Part shown: piece by piece, positions 55,083 through 64,000 of the stretch
Layout of the letters: every line of letters begins with the position of its first letter
Numbering within the stretch: position 1 is the first letter of the stretch
Origin: Candidatus Micrarchaeota archaeon
GTDB taxonomy: Archaea; Micrarchaeota; Micrarchaeia; Micrarchaeales; CABMGC01
Assembly: GCA_028866835.1 (NCBI GenBank)
Contig: JAGWHJ010000001.1
Coordinates: 4,636 to 68,635 of the forward strand
Direction: 5' to 3'
DNA: 64,000 nucleotides
Program-made: the position numbers and the translations under genes
Notes under the pieces: generated by a model
What the model was told of the DNA's origin: nothing
The model's input: the letters and a program-made list of their open reading frames with translations, nothing else
Database searches by the model: none

Positions 55083-55388
55083 TTGCCGGTAGCGAGGATA
55101 AAGATAATCAGCAGGAACAAGAGGGACGCGAGCAGCATAGCCAATCAGATAGTCGAGATAGCCAAGTCGATAAACATAAAGTTCAGGGGGCCCATCCCCC
55201 TTCCAACACGGAGGCTGAAGATAGCGACGAGGAAGACCCCTTGCGGCGACGGCTCCCACACCTACGAGCACTGGCAGATGAGAATTCATAAGCGGCTCGT
55301 CGAGGTAGACGGAAGCGAACAGGCGCTCAGGCAGATAATGAGGATACTTGTCCCCGACACGGTGCAGATAGAGATGACGATCTCGTAA
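55083..55388 (+). CDS. rps10: 30S ribosomal protein uS10
   Basis: GPIPLPT, TRKTPCGDGS and WQMRIHKRL motifs; TTG start. Confidence 0.96.
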   Translation: MPVARIKIISRNKRDASSIANQIVEIAKSINIKFRGPIPLPTRRLKIATRKTPCGDGSHTYEHWQMRIHKRLVEVDGSEQALRQIMRILVPDTVQIEMTIS

Positions 55389-55395
55389 AGGACCT

Positions 55396-56064
55396 GTGCA
55401 TTCTGGAACCTTGGGTTATTCCATACACAACTCTTTAAAGAATATCCGGATGGTGATCTTTGACTGGAGCGGAGTCATAAGCGACGACCGGAGGCCTGTA
55501 TACGAATCAAACATGCGGGTCCTTGAAGCGCATGGGAAAAAGCGATTCACTTTCGAGGAATGGTTGCCGAGGACGACACTGACCCCGATAGAGCTCTTTG
55601 CAAATCATGGAGTGACTGGAGACCGCGAGGTCCTATTCAGGGAGTACAGGGACAATCTTGCCCAGGTCAAGAAAGAAGGGATAGTCACTACGGTATACCC
55701 CGATGCGAAGGTTGCACTGCAGAGCCTGGCCGAGAAGGGCAAGGAACTTGTTGTGATAAGCAGCCATCCCGAGGAGCATCTGCTGAAAGAAGCAATTGAT
55801 TACGGCGTCAAAAGATATTTCTCGAAGTTCGTTGGTAATGTCAAGGACAAGGCGCAGGAGCTCTCGGAGCTGTGCTCTGTTCAAGGAATAAATCCGCTGG
55901 ACACCGTCTATGTGGGTGACACGATATACGACATACAGGCTGCGAAGAAAGCGGGGGTTCGTTCTGTCGGCATAACGAATGGCTACCACGTGAAGGAGAG
56001 GCTTCGAACGGAAAACCCGGAGTTCATAGTGGATTCGTTAACGGAACTCAGCTCTCTTTTCTAG
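55396..56064 (+). CDS. HAD-superfamily hydrolase (phosphoglycolate phosphatase-like); start uncertain
   Basis: IFDWSGV (motif I variant), ISS, K and YVGDTIYDIQAAK.AG motifs. Confidence 0.82.
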   Translation: MHSGTLGYSIHNSLKNIRMVIFDWSGVISDDRRPVYESNMRVLEAHGKKRFTFEEWLPRTTLTPIELFANHGVTGDREVLFREYRDNLAQVKKEGIVTTVYPDAKVALQSLAEKGKELVVISSHPEEHLLKEAIDYGVKRYFSKFVGNVKDKAQELSELCSVQGINPLDTVYVGDTIYDIQAAKKAGVRSVGITNGYHVKERLRTENPEFIVDSLTELSSLF

Positions 56065-56085
56065 AGCTTGCAAAAGCCAGGCAAA

Positions 56086-56763
56086 TCATGCGCGTATCTG
56101 TACTATTCCTTTGATGGCCTTTACCTCGTCGGTCGCGTAAGGCGATGCATATGCTTTCTGCGCTGACATCAGCATGGGCCTGTCCAGTCCGCTGTCGCCA
56201 ACAACCCTGCAATCCCGCAGCGTGAGCCCATGCCCGGCCAGCATCTGTTCTGTTGCATGCAGCTTCTCCTCGCCTGATGCTATAGCTGTCTTGAACCCTC
56301 TCAGCCTGCCCGAATCGTCAAAGATCTCGCGGTTGTGCCTTGAACCAGTAAGTTCTCTCCTGAAAAGATCCATCTGCGCGAACGTTGCCGCGGATGTCCC
56401 TGCAGCGGTCGCCAGGAACGCCATTCCACCAAGCCCCAGCTGCATGTCCACCATCCGGAAGACCGTTCCTATCAAGCGGCCCCTTATGTAATCTGCGGCA
56501 ATCCGGTACATCTCGTCACGCCTGCCCAGCCCATTTGCCAGGAGGAGCCCATAGAGCATCTCCTGCGCGATCATCTCCCCTTCGAAGCCGTTTCGGATCG
56601 CAAGCATCTCCTCTATCTCGGACTTGCCCTTCAGGCCGCGGGCAACCGTTGGCAGGTGAAGCCGCCTCAATTCCTGCATCAATATTGCTTTTCCGATGCC
56701 TTCGGTGACCCTCCCTCTCCATAAGGTATTGTCCCCATCAACTACCACTGCCCTTGTTGCCAT
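56086..56763 (-). CDS. HAD-superfamily hydrolase (SerB-like, subfamily IB)
   Basis: VDGDNTL, GEEK and VGDSGLD..ML motifs. Confidence 0.78.
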   Translation of the reverse strand: MATRAVVVDGDNTLWRGRVTEGIGKAILMQELRRLHLPTVARGLKGKSEIEEMLAIRNGFEGEMIAQEMLYGLLLANGLGRRDEMYRIAADYIRGRLIGTVFRMVDMQLGLGGMAFLATAAGTSAATFAQMDLFRRELTGSRHNREIFDDSGRLRGFKTAIASGEEKLHATEQMLAGHGLTLRDCRVVGDSGLDRPMLMSAQKAYASPYATDEVKAIKGIVQIRA

Positions 56764-56828
56764 GCAAACACAAATTAGTGCTGGGTCTTCTCATATTTAA
56801 GCTTATTTTCGCGCCAGCCGCCCTCTGC

Positions 56829-56852
56829 ATCATATATATCTGGGTATATGAT
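56829..56852. promoter_or_regulatory. Inverted repeat upstream of the ftsZ pair (possible operator)
   Basis: ATCATATA-N8-TATATGAT in the divergent intergenic region. Confidence 0.35.
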
Positions 56853-56964
56853 TCTTACTTCCCAGTATGAACTTTTATTACAATACCGGTTGTGCCAGTA
56901 TTGCCGTTTTGGGGAAAAGGTATTTAAATATATACCCGTCTACAACTATAACTAGGCGATCAGC

Positions 56965-58020
56965 ATGGTAGAGTTCACAAATGAACTATTTGGTAATAAG
57001 CAGGCAGCAGAGGAGAGCCCATCGGCAATTGGGCCGCAGATAAAGATAGTAACAATCGGGTGCGGAGGAGCTGGGAACAACACTGTAAACAGGCTACTTA
57101 AGGTTGGCGTGAAGGGCACGGACCTTATTGCGGTAAACACTGATGTTCAGCACTTCAAAATAATCGATGACAGGATCAAGAAGATATTGATCGGGAAGAG
57201 CCTTACAAGAGGGCTCGGAGCGGGAGGAGACCCTGAGATTGGAGCAAAGGCAGCTGAGGTTGACAGGCAGCAGCTTGAGGAGATTCTGTCGGGCGCACAC
57301 CTTGTATTCCTGTGCGCAGGAATGGGAGGCGGTACAGGTACCGGATCCATATCGGTGATAGCGCAGATTGCAAAAGAGCAGGGCGCCATCGTCGTATCAA
57401 TGGTAACGTACCCATTCGACCTTGAGAGGGTAAGGAAGGTGAAAGCCGAGGAAGGAATACAGCGCTTGAGGAAGTACAGCGACAGCGTCATCATACTTGA
57501 CAACAACAGGCTGGTCAAGTTGGTGCCAAACCTTCCTATGAACGAGGCCTTCGGAGTTGCGGACGAGATACTTGCAAAGGCGATAGGCGGATTGGTCTGG
57601 ACGATAACGCAGCCAAGCCTCATAAACATAGACTTCGCTGACGTAAGATCAATCATGGGAAGCGGAGATGTCGGCTTCATATCGGTAGGAACAGGAAAGG
57701 GCAACGACAAGGTAACGAGCGCTGCTGACGCGGTGCTGAAGAACAAGTTGCTTGACGTTGACTTCGAGAACGCAAAAGGAGCGCTTATACACATTTCGGG
57801 CGCATCAGACCTGACGCTAGGCGACGCGATAAAGGCTGGTGAAGTGATCACGGAGCGCATGGACCCTAAGGCGAATGTCAAATGGGGCGCGAGGATCATA
57901 CCAGGGTATGAAGGCCAGCTTGAGATAGTAGCGATCGTGACGGGCGTACGGGGCTCCAGCATCGTAGGCAAGTTCGAGGAGCAGAAGCAGGTGCGCTACG
58001 GAGACGTCGACATGATATAG
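56965..58020 (+). CDS. ftsZ: Cell division protein FtsZ (FtsZ2-like)
   Basis: GGAGNN, NTD, GLGAGGDP, GMGGGTGTG and INIDFADV motifs. Confidence 0.96.
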   Translation: MVEFTNELFGNKQAAEESPSAIGPQIKIVTIGCGGAGNNTVNRLLKVGVKGTDLIAVNTDVQHFKIIDDRIKKILIGKSLTRGLGAGGDPEIGAKAAEVDRQQLEEILSGAHLVFLCAGMGGGTGTGSISVIAQIAKEQGAIVVSMVTYPFDLERVRKVKAEEGIQRLRKYSDSVIILDNNRLVKLVPNLPMNEAFGVADEILAKAIGGLVWTITQPSLINIDFADVRSIMGSGDVGFISVGTGKGNDKVTSAADAVLKNKLLDVDFENAKGALIHISGASDLTLGDAIKAGEVITERMDPKANVKWGARIIPGYEGQLEIVAIVTGVRGSSIVGKFEEQKQVRYGDVDMI

Positions 58021-58066
58021 AACCGTTTTGGTTCTGTATCAGTCTCATGTTAAATGGTGACCAGGG

Positions 58067-59083
58067 ATGTCTGACAACCAGTTCGATTACGATGCGTTCT
58101 CACCGAAAGTGGCAGTGGTAGGCGTCGGTGGCCAAGGAAGCAACCTAGTGAATAGGCTGTACGGGTACGGCATGAAGAGCGCCGACACGATAGCCTTGAA
58201 CACTGACATAGGCCACTTGAACATAATAAAGGCCAGCAAGAAGCTGCTCATCGGAAAGGACATAACGAACGGGCTGGGTGCCGGCGGTTTCCCCGAGGTG
58301 GCAGCCAAGTGCGCTGATGCAAGCAGAGGAGAGATAGAGAAGGCCCTTGCGGATTACAACCTGATTTTCATAGCAGCCGGTATGGGAGGAGGAACGGGGA
58401 CTGGCGCTGCGCCGGTGGTCGCAAAGATAGCAAGGGAGACGGGGGCTACCGTAATAGCAACAGTGACCTATCCATTCGCGCTTGAGAGGAGCAGGAAGCT
58501 GAAGGCCGATTGGGGCCTCGAGCAGCTCCAGAAGGAGGCGGACTGCACGATTGTGATAGAGAATGACAAGCTGCTGTCATATGTGCCGAACCTTCCGATA
58601 GAGAGGGCGTTCGAGCTCGTTGACAACATAACGGGCAACGCTGTCAAGGGGATATCTGACGCGATAACCTTGCCGAGCCTGATCAACCTTGACTTCGCTG
58701 ATCTCAGGAACATTGTAAGGAACACAGGCACTGCGGTCATAAGCATAGGCTCGGGAAGAGGGGCAAACAGAGTGGAGCAGGCAATAGCATCCACGAAGGC
58801 CCATCCATTGCTTTCTGTAGAGTACGAAGGGGCAAAGGGCGCGCTCATCCATGTAGCAGGAGGAGGCAACCTTACGATAAGAGAGGCGACAAGGATAGGA
58901 GAGGGCGTAACGGACGGCTTGCTCGATAATGCGAACGTCATCTTCGGGGCAAGGATGGTTCCGGATCTCAGCGACGAGATACGCGTGATGTCGGTTGTCA
59001 CTGGAGTTAAGGCGAAGTTCGGCCAGAAGAGGGACGAGAAGGCGCCTGCGCTAAACCTGACAGCGATAGACACCCTCTACTGA
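58067..59083 (+). CDS. ftsZ: Cell division protein FtsZ, second tandem copy
   Basis: GGQGSN, NTD, GLGAGGFP, GMGGGTGTG and INLDFADL motifs. Confidence 0.94.
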   Translation: MSDNQFDYDAFSPKVAVVGVGGQGSNLVNRLYGYGMKSADTIALNTDIGHLNIIKASKKLLIGKDITNGLGAGGFPEVAAKCADASRGEIEKALADYNLIFIAAGMGGGTGTGAAPVVAKIARETGATVIATVTYPFALERSRKLKADWGLEQLQKEADCTIVIENDKLLSYVPNLPIERAFELVDNITGNAVKGISDAITLPSLINLDFADLRNIVRNTGTAVISIGSGRGANRVEQAIASTKAHPLLSVEYEGAKGALIHVAGGGNLTIREATRIGEGVTDGLLDNANVIFGARMVPDLSDEIRVMSVVTGVKAKFGQKRDEKAPALNLTAIDTLY

Positions 59084-59098
59084 TAACGCTTTACATTT

Positions 59099-59123
59099 GG
59101 GGGATTTCCCCCTTCTTTTTCTT
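59099..59123 (+). terminator. Hairpin plus T-rich tract after the ftsZ pair
   Basis: GGGGG-ATTT-CCCCC followed by TTCTTTTTCTT. Confidence 0.55.
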
Positions 59124-59210
59124 CATTGGTAATGCTTTTGTTTATCTGCGATGATTTGCAGAGGAGAAGGCTTTTTATAGTTGTCTTCAGTATATCAACA
59201 GCGTGATTCA

Positions 59211-59615
59211 TTGCCAGAAGACATAATGTACTCCTCAATGAAAGAGATCAAACCGGGAAGATTCATACTTATAGATGGAGTTCCTTGTAGGGTAGTGGAG
59301 ATGGACTTCTCCGCGCCTGGGAAGCACGGCGCTGCGAAGGTAAGGCTCACTGCGGTAGGCATATTCGATGGCCAGAAGCGCAGCCTTCTCAAGCCAAGCT
59401 CTGCCGATGTTGAAGTGCCGGTCATAAACAAGACAAAGGCGCAGGTCGTCTCAGTCACTGAGGCAAGCGCGCAGCTCATGGACCTGCAGAGCTACGAGAC
59501 ATATGAACTGCCCATACCGGAGGATCTCAAGGAAGGCGTCAAGGGTGGCGCCGAAGTGGAGGTCATGGAGAGCATGGGGAAGCGCGCCATAGTAAGAGTA
59601 CTTGGCAGCTCATGA
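59211..59615 (+). CDS. eif5a: Translation factor aIF5A
   Basis: SAPGKHGAAK (hypusine-site Lys), GIFDG and QLMD..SYET motifs. Confidence 0.95.
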   Translation: MPEDIMYSSMKEIKPGRFILIDGVPCRVVEMDFSAPGKHGAAKVRLTAVGIFDGQKRSLLKPSSADVEVPVINKTKAQVVSVTEASAQLMDLQSYETYELPIPEDLKEGVKGGAEVEVMESMGKRAIVRVLGSS

Positions 59616-59637
59616 TACTTACCAGACGGTTGATAGA

Positions 59638-59997
59638 ATGGAGATACGAATTGAACAGGATACAAACAACAAGCTGCTAGGCAGGAGGGAGGTCCACTTC
59701 ACTGCCACTTACGGTGACAAGACGCCATCCAAGGCGGAGGTGAAGGAGAGCATCTGCAAGAAGCTCAACATGGACCCGGAGGCCACGGAGGTGGTGAAGA
59801 TAAAGCAGCTCTATGGCAACAAGTCAAGCTCAATTGTCGTTTACGGCTATGAGACGAAGGAGCTAATGCAGAAGATGGCTCCAAAGGTGAAGGAGAAGAA
59901 GGCGAAGGCCGGAGGCAAGGAGGCGCCGAAGAAGGCGGAGGAGCCGAAGGCTGCCCCGAAGGAGGAGGAGGCCAAGAAGGCCGAGGCCCCTAAGTAG
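59638..59997 (+). CDS. rps24e: 30S ribosomal protein eS24 with an Ala/Lys/Glu/Pro tail
   Basis: [10 protein letters not shown] and TPSK.EV motifs; context before rps27ae. Confidence 0.92.
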   Translation: MEIRIEQDTNNKLLGRREVHFTATYGDKTPSKAEVKESICKKLNMDPEATEVVKIKQLYGNKSSSIVVYGYETKELMQKMAPKVKEKKAKAGGKEAPKKAEEPKAAPKEEEAKKAEAPK

Positions 59998-60005
59998 GTG
60001 TGATC

Positions 60006-60197
60006 ATGGCCGACGCAAACGCTGCCGCCCCTGCAAAGGCCGCTGCCCCAAAAAAGGCGAAGAAGGCCGGGCCTTACAAGCCAGCATCCAAGTTCTGCCC
60101 TAAGTGCGGGGCCAGGATGGCCGCCCATGCCGACAGGTTCGCTTGCGGCAGGTGCAACTATACAGAATGGAAGAGCGCTGGCGGCAAAGGTAAATAG
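60006..60197 (+). CDS. rps27ae: 30S ribosomal protein eS31 (S27ae)
   Basis: FCPKCG..MA.H.DR..CGRC.YTE motif; GGTG-N5-ATG start. Confidence 0.93.
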   Translation: MADANAAAPAKAAAPKKAKKAGPYKPASKFCPKCGARMAAHADRFACGRCNYTEWKSAGGKGK

Positions 60198-61109
60198 ATG
60201 GCCGCGAAGAGGAAGGCTAGGAGAAGGGCGGCAAGGAGGGAGGGGAAGAACCCGCTTGTCCTGATAGCAGCGTTCCTGCTCATCGTAGTGTTCGGTTCGC
60301 TCGCAGTGTCCGCGATGTGGCAGGTGCCATTGACCGCTAGCGCGGCGGCATCGCTTTCGGAGGCGCTTGTCGCAGTGATGGTGCTGTCAGGGATCATCTC
60401 GCTGGTGCTGTACTTCTTCCTTTACGACAAATTGGTAGCACCAGTGGTGTTCGGATGGATATACCTTCTCATCGCCCTTGTGATACTTGCCTTTGCGCTG
60501 GGCACCGGGCAGGTCTCGCAGTCGTACCAGAGCTTCGGCGCCGAGGCGGCAGTGCTGCTCGCATTCTCCATAGCCGTATTCGTATATCTCTGGATCTACA
60601 AGGGATGCTGGATAACCGGTCTCTGGCCCGACATTGGAAAGATAGCCAGGTCGCTGGGCCTTTCTCCTGACAGGATAAGCCTCAGGAACATTGGAATAGG
60701 CCTGCTGATGGCTGCGGCGGTGTTCGCGCTCGAGATCGTTGTCGGGCTAATAAGCACTGCCACGAACACGGCCATAAACACCAACGACACGGTGATGCTG
60801 ATCGGCGCGCCGGCGTGGTTCCTCTTCTTCATAGCCGTGATAGAGCCCATAAACGAGGAGGTGCTCTTCAGGGGGTTCATGGTGCCGAGGGTCGGCATAG
60901 TCATAAGCGCCGTGCTTTTCGGCGTCGGCCATGCAGGATACAACTCAACGTTCGCTGTGGAGGTCATTGCTGCGTTCATCTTCGGGCTGATAGCGGGATA
61001 TGCCTACAAGAGGACCAACTCGCTGTATCCGAGCATCATAGCGCACATAATAGTGAACAGCATAGCCGTGGCCGGATTCCTTTTCATGCCTACGGGTGTG
61101 TGCTGTTGA
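60198..61109 (+). CDS. CPBP/Abi (CAAX) intramembrane glutamic endopeptidase
   Basis: EEVLFRG, FGVGH and SIIAHIIVN motifs. Confidence 0.9.
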   Translation: MAAKRKARRRAARREGKNPLVLIAAFLLIVVFGSLAVSAMWQVPLTASAAASLSEALVAVMVLSGIISLVLYFFLYDKLVAPVVFGWIYLLIALVILAFALGTGQVSQSYQSFGAEAAVLLAFSIAVFVYLWIYKGCWITGLWPDIGKIARSLGLSPDRISLRNIGIGLLMAAAVFALEIVVGLISTATNTAINTNDTVMLIGAPAWFLFFIAVIEPINEEVLFRGFMVPRVGIVISAVLFGVGHAGYNSTFAVEVIAAFIFGLIAGYAYKRTNSLYPSIIAHIIVNSIAVAGFLFMPTGVCC

Positions 61110-61795
61110 AGCTCAAGGTAGTGATCGTAGAGCCGAGCTATGAGATAAACATAGGCTACATAGCCCGCGTCTCGAAGAACTTCGGCGTCTCTAAGCTCTT
61201 CTTCGTTAACCCTAAGGCGAACCTGAAGGGAGATCAGGCAATAATGTTCGCGAAGCATGCCAGGAACCTGCTCGAGAGCGCGAGGGTCTACAGGGATTTC
61301 GAATCATCAGTAAGGGACTGCGACATAGTGCTCGGAACGACAGGCGTATGGAGGAAGGCCAGGGCCAATTTCAAGCGCATATACCTGCTCGATGATGCGG
61401 TAACGATGCTGAAGAGGACGGGGAAGGGGAGCACCAGGGTTGCAATAGTGATCGGCAGGGACGACACAGGCCTTAACATGGCAGAGCTCGAGCGATGCGA
61501 CATGCTCGCTTACATAGGCACGAACGGCAGGTACCCGGTACTGAACATCTCGCACGCGCTCGCCATACTGCTTTACAGGCTCACAAAGGATGACTTCAAG
61601 GCCGAGTATGGCAGCATCTCGGACAGGACGGTAGATGCGAAGGAGGTGGAGCACCTGCTGAAGGTCTTTGACCGCCTTACCGGAAGCAAAAAGATAAGGA
61701 ATAGAAAAGCGGTGAGGGCAGTCTTTAAGCGAATGCTCTATCTCTCGCAGCCTAACAGGCAGGAGATACACGCCCTGATAACCGCCCTTAAATGA
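61106..61795 (+). CDS. trmJ: SPOUT tRNA/rRNA methyltransferase (TrmJ-like)
   Basis: VEP....NIG.IAR..KNFG, GRDDTGL...EL and YPVLNISHA motifs. Confidence 0.85.
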   Translation: MKLKVVIVEPSYEINIGYIARVSKNFGVSKLFFVNPKANLKGDQAIMFAKHARNLLESARVYRDFESSVRDCDIVLGTTGVWRKARANFKRIYLLDDAVTMLKRTGKGSTRVAIVIGRDDTGLNMAELERCDMLAYIGTNGRYPVLNISHALAILLYRLTKDDFKAEYGSISDRTVDAKEVEHLLKVFDRLTGSKKIRNRKAVRAVFKRMLYLSQPNRQEIHALITALK

Positions 61796-62170
61796 TTATC
61801 TCTGAGGAGGTCTCTTTCTCTTTATTATCTTGACCTTTGAAGGCGTTATCAATACCCTTGTGGCATCGATCTGGCCTATGTCACCGTTTAGAGATTCCAC
61901 GTACCTCTTGAGCTCCGTCACGACGTTGTTGCGCGTGTTGGGCCTCTTGTTGAGTTCGGTTATGTCGAGGAGTATGATGTTCTTCTTCGCTATCTCTTCC
62001 TCTATTGGCTTAACCTCTTCCTCACTGGTAATAGATACAGGCTTTATGTACATGTCTGCAGGTTCATGCATCATGTCCACATCCTCCATCTCTACCGAAT
62101 TCATGTAGTCCTCTATGTTTATCTCTTTAGACGAGCCAAATGCCTGGCCAAGCTTGTTAAAAACTCCCAT
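61796..62170 (-). CDS. sepF: Archaeal cell division protein SepF
   Basis: NIILLDI, L......GDIGQI and VLITP..VKI motifs. Confidence 0.88.
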   Translation of the reverse strand: MGVFNKLGQAFGSSKEINIEDYMNSVEMEDVDMMHEPADMYIKPVSITSEEEVKPIEEEIAKKNIILLDITELNKRPNTRNNVVTELKRYVESLNGDIGQIDATRVLITPSKVKIIKRKRPPQR

Positions 62171-62293
62171 TTTCTCACCGATCGCCGGTTGTTTTCCTGA
62201 GAATATCTATGTTCTCTTATTTTTATATAGCTTTCTGTCTTTTCTTTTTATGTCGGTGGCCATGATGGATCGCAAAAACACCGGATTTTGCGA

Positions 62294-64000
62294 TCAATTC
62301 CTGTCAAGCTGGTCCATTATCTTCTTCGCAATCTCCTTCCCGAAAAGGCGCTCCACAGTCTCCTGCGCTCCGGGCTTCCTGAGATCTGAAACGCCCTTTA
62401 TGCCGTTGAGGTACATGAGGCGGGCCCTTACGCGTCCCACCTGTTCAAGCCTTATGAGGTCGAGAAGCTCCCTCCTTATGCCGTAGCGCGTCCTCAGCCG
62501 CATCTCGATGAGCCGTATTGGGCTCACCCTGAGCAGCTTTGCGAGCTCGGAACATGAATAGAGCAGCCAGTCCGCATTGGTTATCTTTGTGAAGAGAGCG
62601 CCAGGTGTGGTGTTGTATTCATTTGTAATCTCGGGCTCCGTCTTCTCGCTTATCCAGTCCAGCAGCATTGTGGCGCTGCTGAACGCCCTCAATGGGTCGT
62701 AGAATATCGCCTCGTCGCTCTCATAGTTCGAGGAGGCGTGCTGGAGCATGTTCTGATACTGCGGAAACATCTCTATCGCTCGCTCCACCGTCTTCACGTG
62801 CGGCCTCATCTCGATGGTGTTGCAGATCATGAAGAGCACGGACAGGTCGTCGTTAGCCGATGGCAGGACGTCGATGAGCCATTTCGCTGAGAGAGGGTCT
62901 ATGTAGAGCTCGCTGACGCGCATGCCTATCCTTGTAGCCCTGTAGACGCTGCTGTTGCCCTTCTCTATGAATCCCCATGCAACGAACTCGCCAAGGATGT
63001 CGCGCAGGTTCTCCTTGACCTCGTACATGTTTGAGTACTGGTAGCCGTAAAGCGTGCCGCTGAGGAAGTCAAGTATTGATTCCTCTGTGGTGAGGAACTT
63101 CGTAGCAATGAATGCCAGAACATGCGTCCTCAGCACGGGCAGCATCGAGAGCTTTGAGGTGACAGGCTGCAGCTCCGCGTCAATGTACCTGTCGTACAGC
63201 TCGCGGACCTCTGCCCTGTGCTTGGCTATGAGGAGAGCCCTTCCGGATTTGTCGTACTTCGGCCTGCCGGCCCTTCCGAAGAGCTGCACGACCTCGTTGA
63301 CGCCAAGCTTCTCGCTCCCCTCCATCTCGCCGTACCTCGTTGTGTCGCGAACGACAACAGTATGGGCTGGCAGGTTCACGCCAAGGCCGAGGGTTGTCGT
63401 GGAGCATATTGCCTTTATCTCTCCTTTCCGGAATGCCTCCTCGACGATATGGCGCTGCTCGTTGACGAGGCCGCTGTGGTGGAAAGCAACGCCGTTGAGT
63501 ATCGCCTTGGAGAGCTTCTCGCACTGAAGCGTGGGCTTGCCAAGCACGCCAAGCACCTGTTCCGAGATTACCCTGAGCGTGGCCTTCTCCCCGACGGTGA
63601 GCCTTCTGCCAACGGCCCTTGACAGCTTGTCCGCGCCGGCCTCCGCATTCCTCTTTGTGCTGTAGAAGAGGAGCAGCTGCTTCCCCTTCTCGAGGGTATC
63701 TTCCGTTATGCGCATCTCCGCCATCTTGCTGTCACTTTCGAGCTTTTCGGACCTGTCGGTATTGTACGTTACCTCTCCCTCGAACTCTATGCCCTTCTCA
63801 AGCACAACAGGTCGATATTCGCTCTCCACGAGCTCCGCGCCGAGCCAATCCGCAAGCTCCTTAGAGTTTCCTATTGTAGCGCTCAGCGCGACTATCTGCG
63901 CGTGCGTGCACGTCCTCTTCATCCTCGCCGCGAGTATCTCGAGGGTCGGGCCGCGCTTCGGGTCGTCGAGCATGTGGATCTCGTCGAAGACGAGGCATCC
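62294..64000 (-). CDS. hel308: Hel308/Ski2-like SF2 helicase (5' end beyond the window)
   Basis: FDEIH at the window edge, LSAT, FHHSGL, TTTLG.GVNLPA and Q..GRAGRP.YD motifs; C-terminal HhH. Confidence 0.93.
   Translation of the reverse strand, partial: GCLVFDEIHMLDDPKRGPTLEILAARMKRTCTHAQIVALSATIGNSKELADWLGAELVESEYRPVVLEKGIEFEGEVTYNTDRSEKLESDSKMAEMRITEDTLEKGKQLLLFYSTKRNAEAGADKLSRAVGRRLTVGEKATLRVISEQVLGVLGKPTLQCEKLSKAILNGVAFHHSGLVNEQRHIVEEAFRKGEIKAICSTTTLGLGVNLPAHTVVVRDTTRYGEMEGSEKLGVNEVVQLFGRAGRPKYDKSGRALLIAKHRAEVRELYDRYIDAELQPVTSKLSMLPVLRTHVLAFIATKFLTTEESILDFLSGTLYGYQYSNMYEVKENLRDILGEFVAWGFIEKGNSSVYRATRIGMRVSELYIDPLSAKWLIDVLPSANDDLSVLFMICNTIEMRPHVKTVERAIEMFPQYQNMLQHASSNYESDEAIFYDPLRAFSSATMLLDWISEKTEPEITNEYNTTPGALFTKITNADWLLYSCSELAKLLRVSPIRLIEMRLRTRYGIRRELLDLIRLEQVGRVRARLMYLNGIKGVSDLRKPGAQETVERLFGKEIAKKIMDQLDRN

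Noticed and set aside
1108..61105. ORF-track N-terminal extensions of sdhB (1108), secD (20872), pyrD (39012), pyrC (40279), VKOR (45108) and trmJ (60815)
   Set aside because: They overlap neighbouring genes or promoters; downstream starts match family N-termini and stop/start overlaps.
161..63864. Numerous long antisense or overlapping ORFs in the track (e.g. 4193-4972, 13245-13955, 43085-44062, 57147-57971)
   Set aside because: They are shadows of real genes on the opposite strand or in another frame, with no recognisable motifs.

Overview
Gene-dense archaeal chromosomal segment. It contains archaeal/eukaryote-type r-proteins eL31, eL39, eS19, eS24, eS26 and eS31, plus aIF6, aIF5A, aEF1A, NMD3, Sec61-beta, RpoL, Hel308, tandem ftsZ, sepF and class III signal-peptide pilin-like proteins. 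Gene content and style suggest a DPANN archaeon, most likely Micrarchaeota; this is an inference, no phylogeny was run. Housekeeping blocks (sdh-fumC, ftsY to rps19e, argS, secDF, leuS, tuf-rps10, ftsZ, eif5a-rps24e-rps27ae) alternate with stand-alone, more AT-rich orphan genes. An accessory stretch follows tRNA-Gln: a large secreted protease-like adhesin, pyrD-pyrC, MASE1-PAS, VKOR, a ferredoxin operon and an MTA/5'-deoxyadenosine salvage cluster. There are two tRNAs, Leu-CAG and Gln-CTG. No integrase, transposase or CRISPR array was seen. The strongest unexplained signal concerns translation initiation. Many canonical starts sit exactly 5 nt after a GGTG Shine-Dalgarno core. In up to five genes the codon at that same position is ACG, ATA or ATC. 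In two of them (ribokinase, ferredoxin) conserved N-terminal motifs lie upstream of any in-frame ATG/GTG/TTG, so a non-canonical start (or, for the ferredoxin, stop read-through) is needed. Other highlights are a divergent Dit1/PvcA-like isonitrile-synthase homolog, a DHAP-shunt-like cluster, a membrane-anchor-fused SdhB, several apparent pseudo-enzymes and a SPASM-degenerate radical SAM/carbamoyltransferase/glycosyltransferase operon. All family assignments come from motif recognition by eye.
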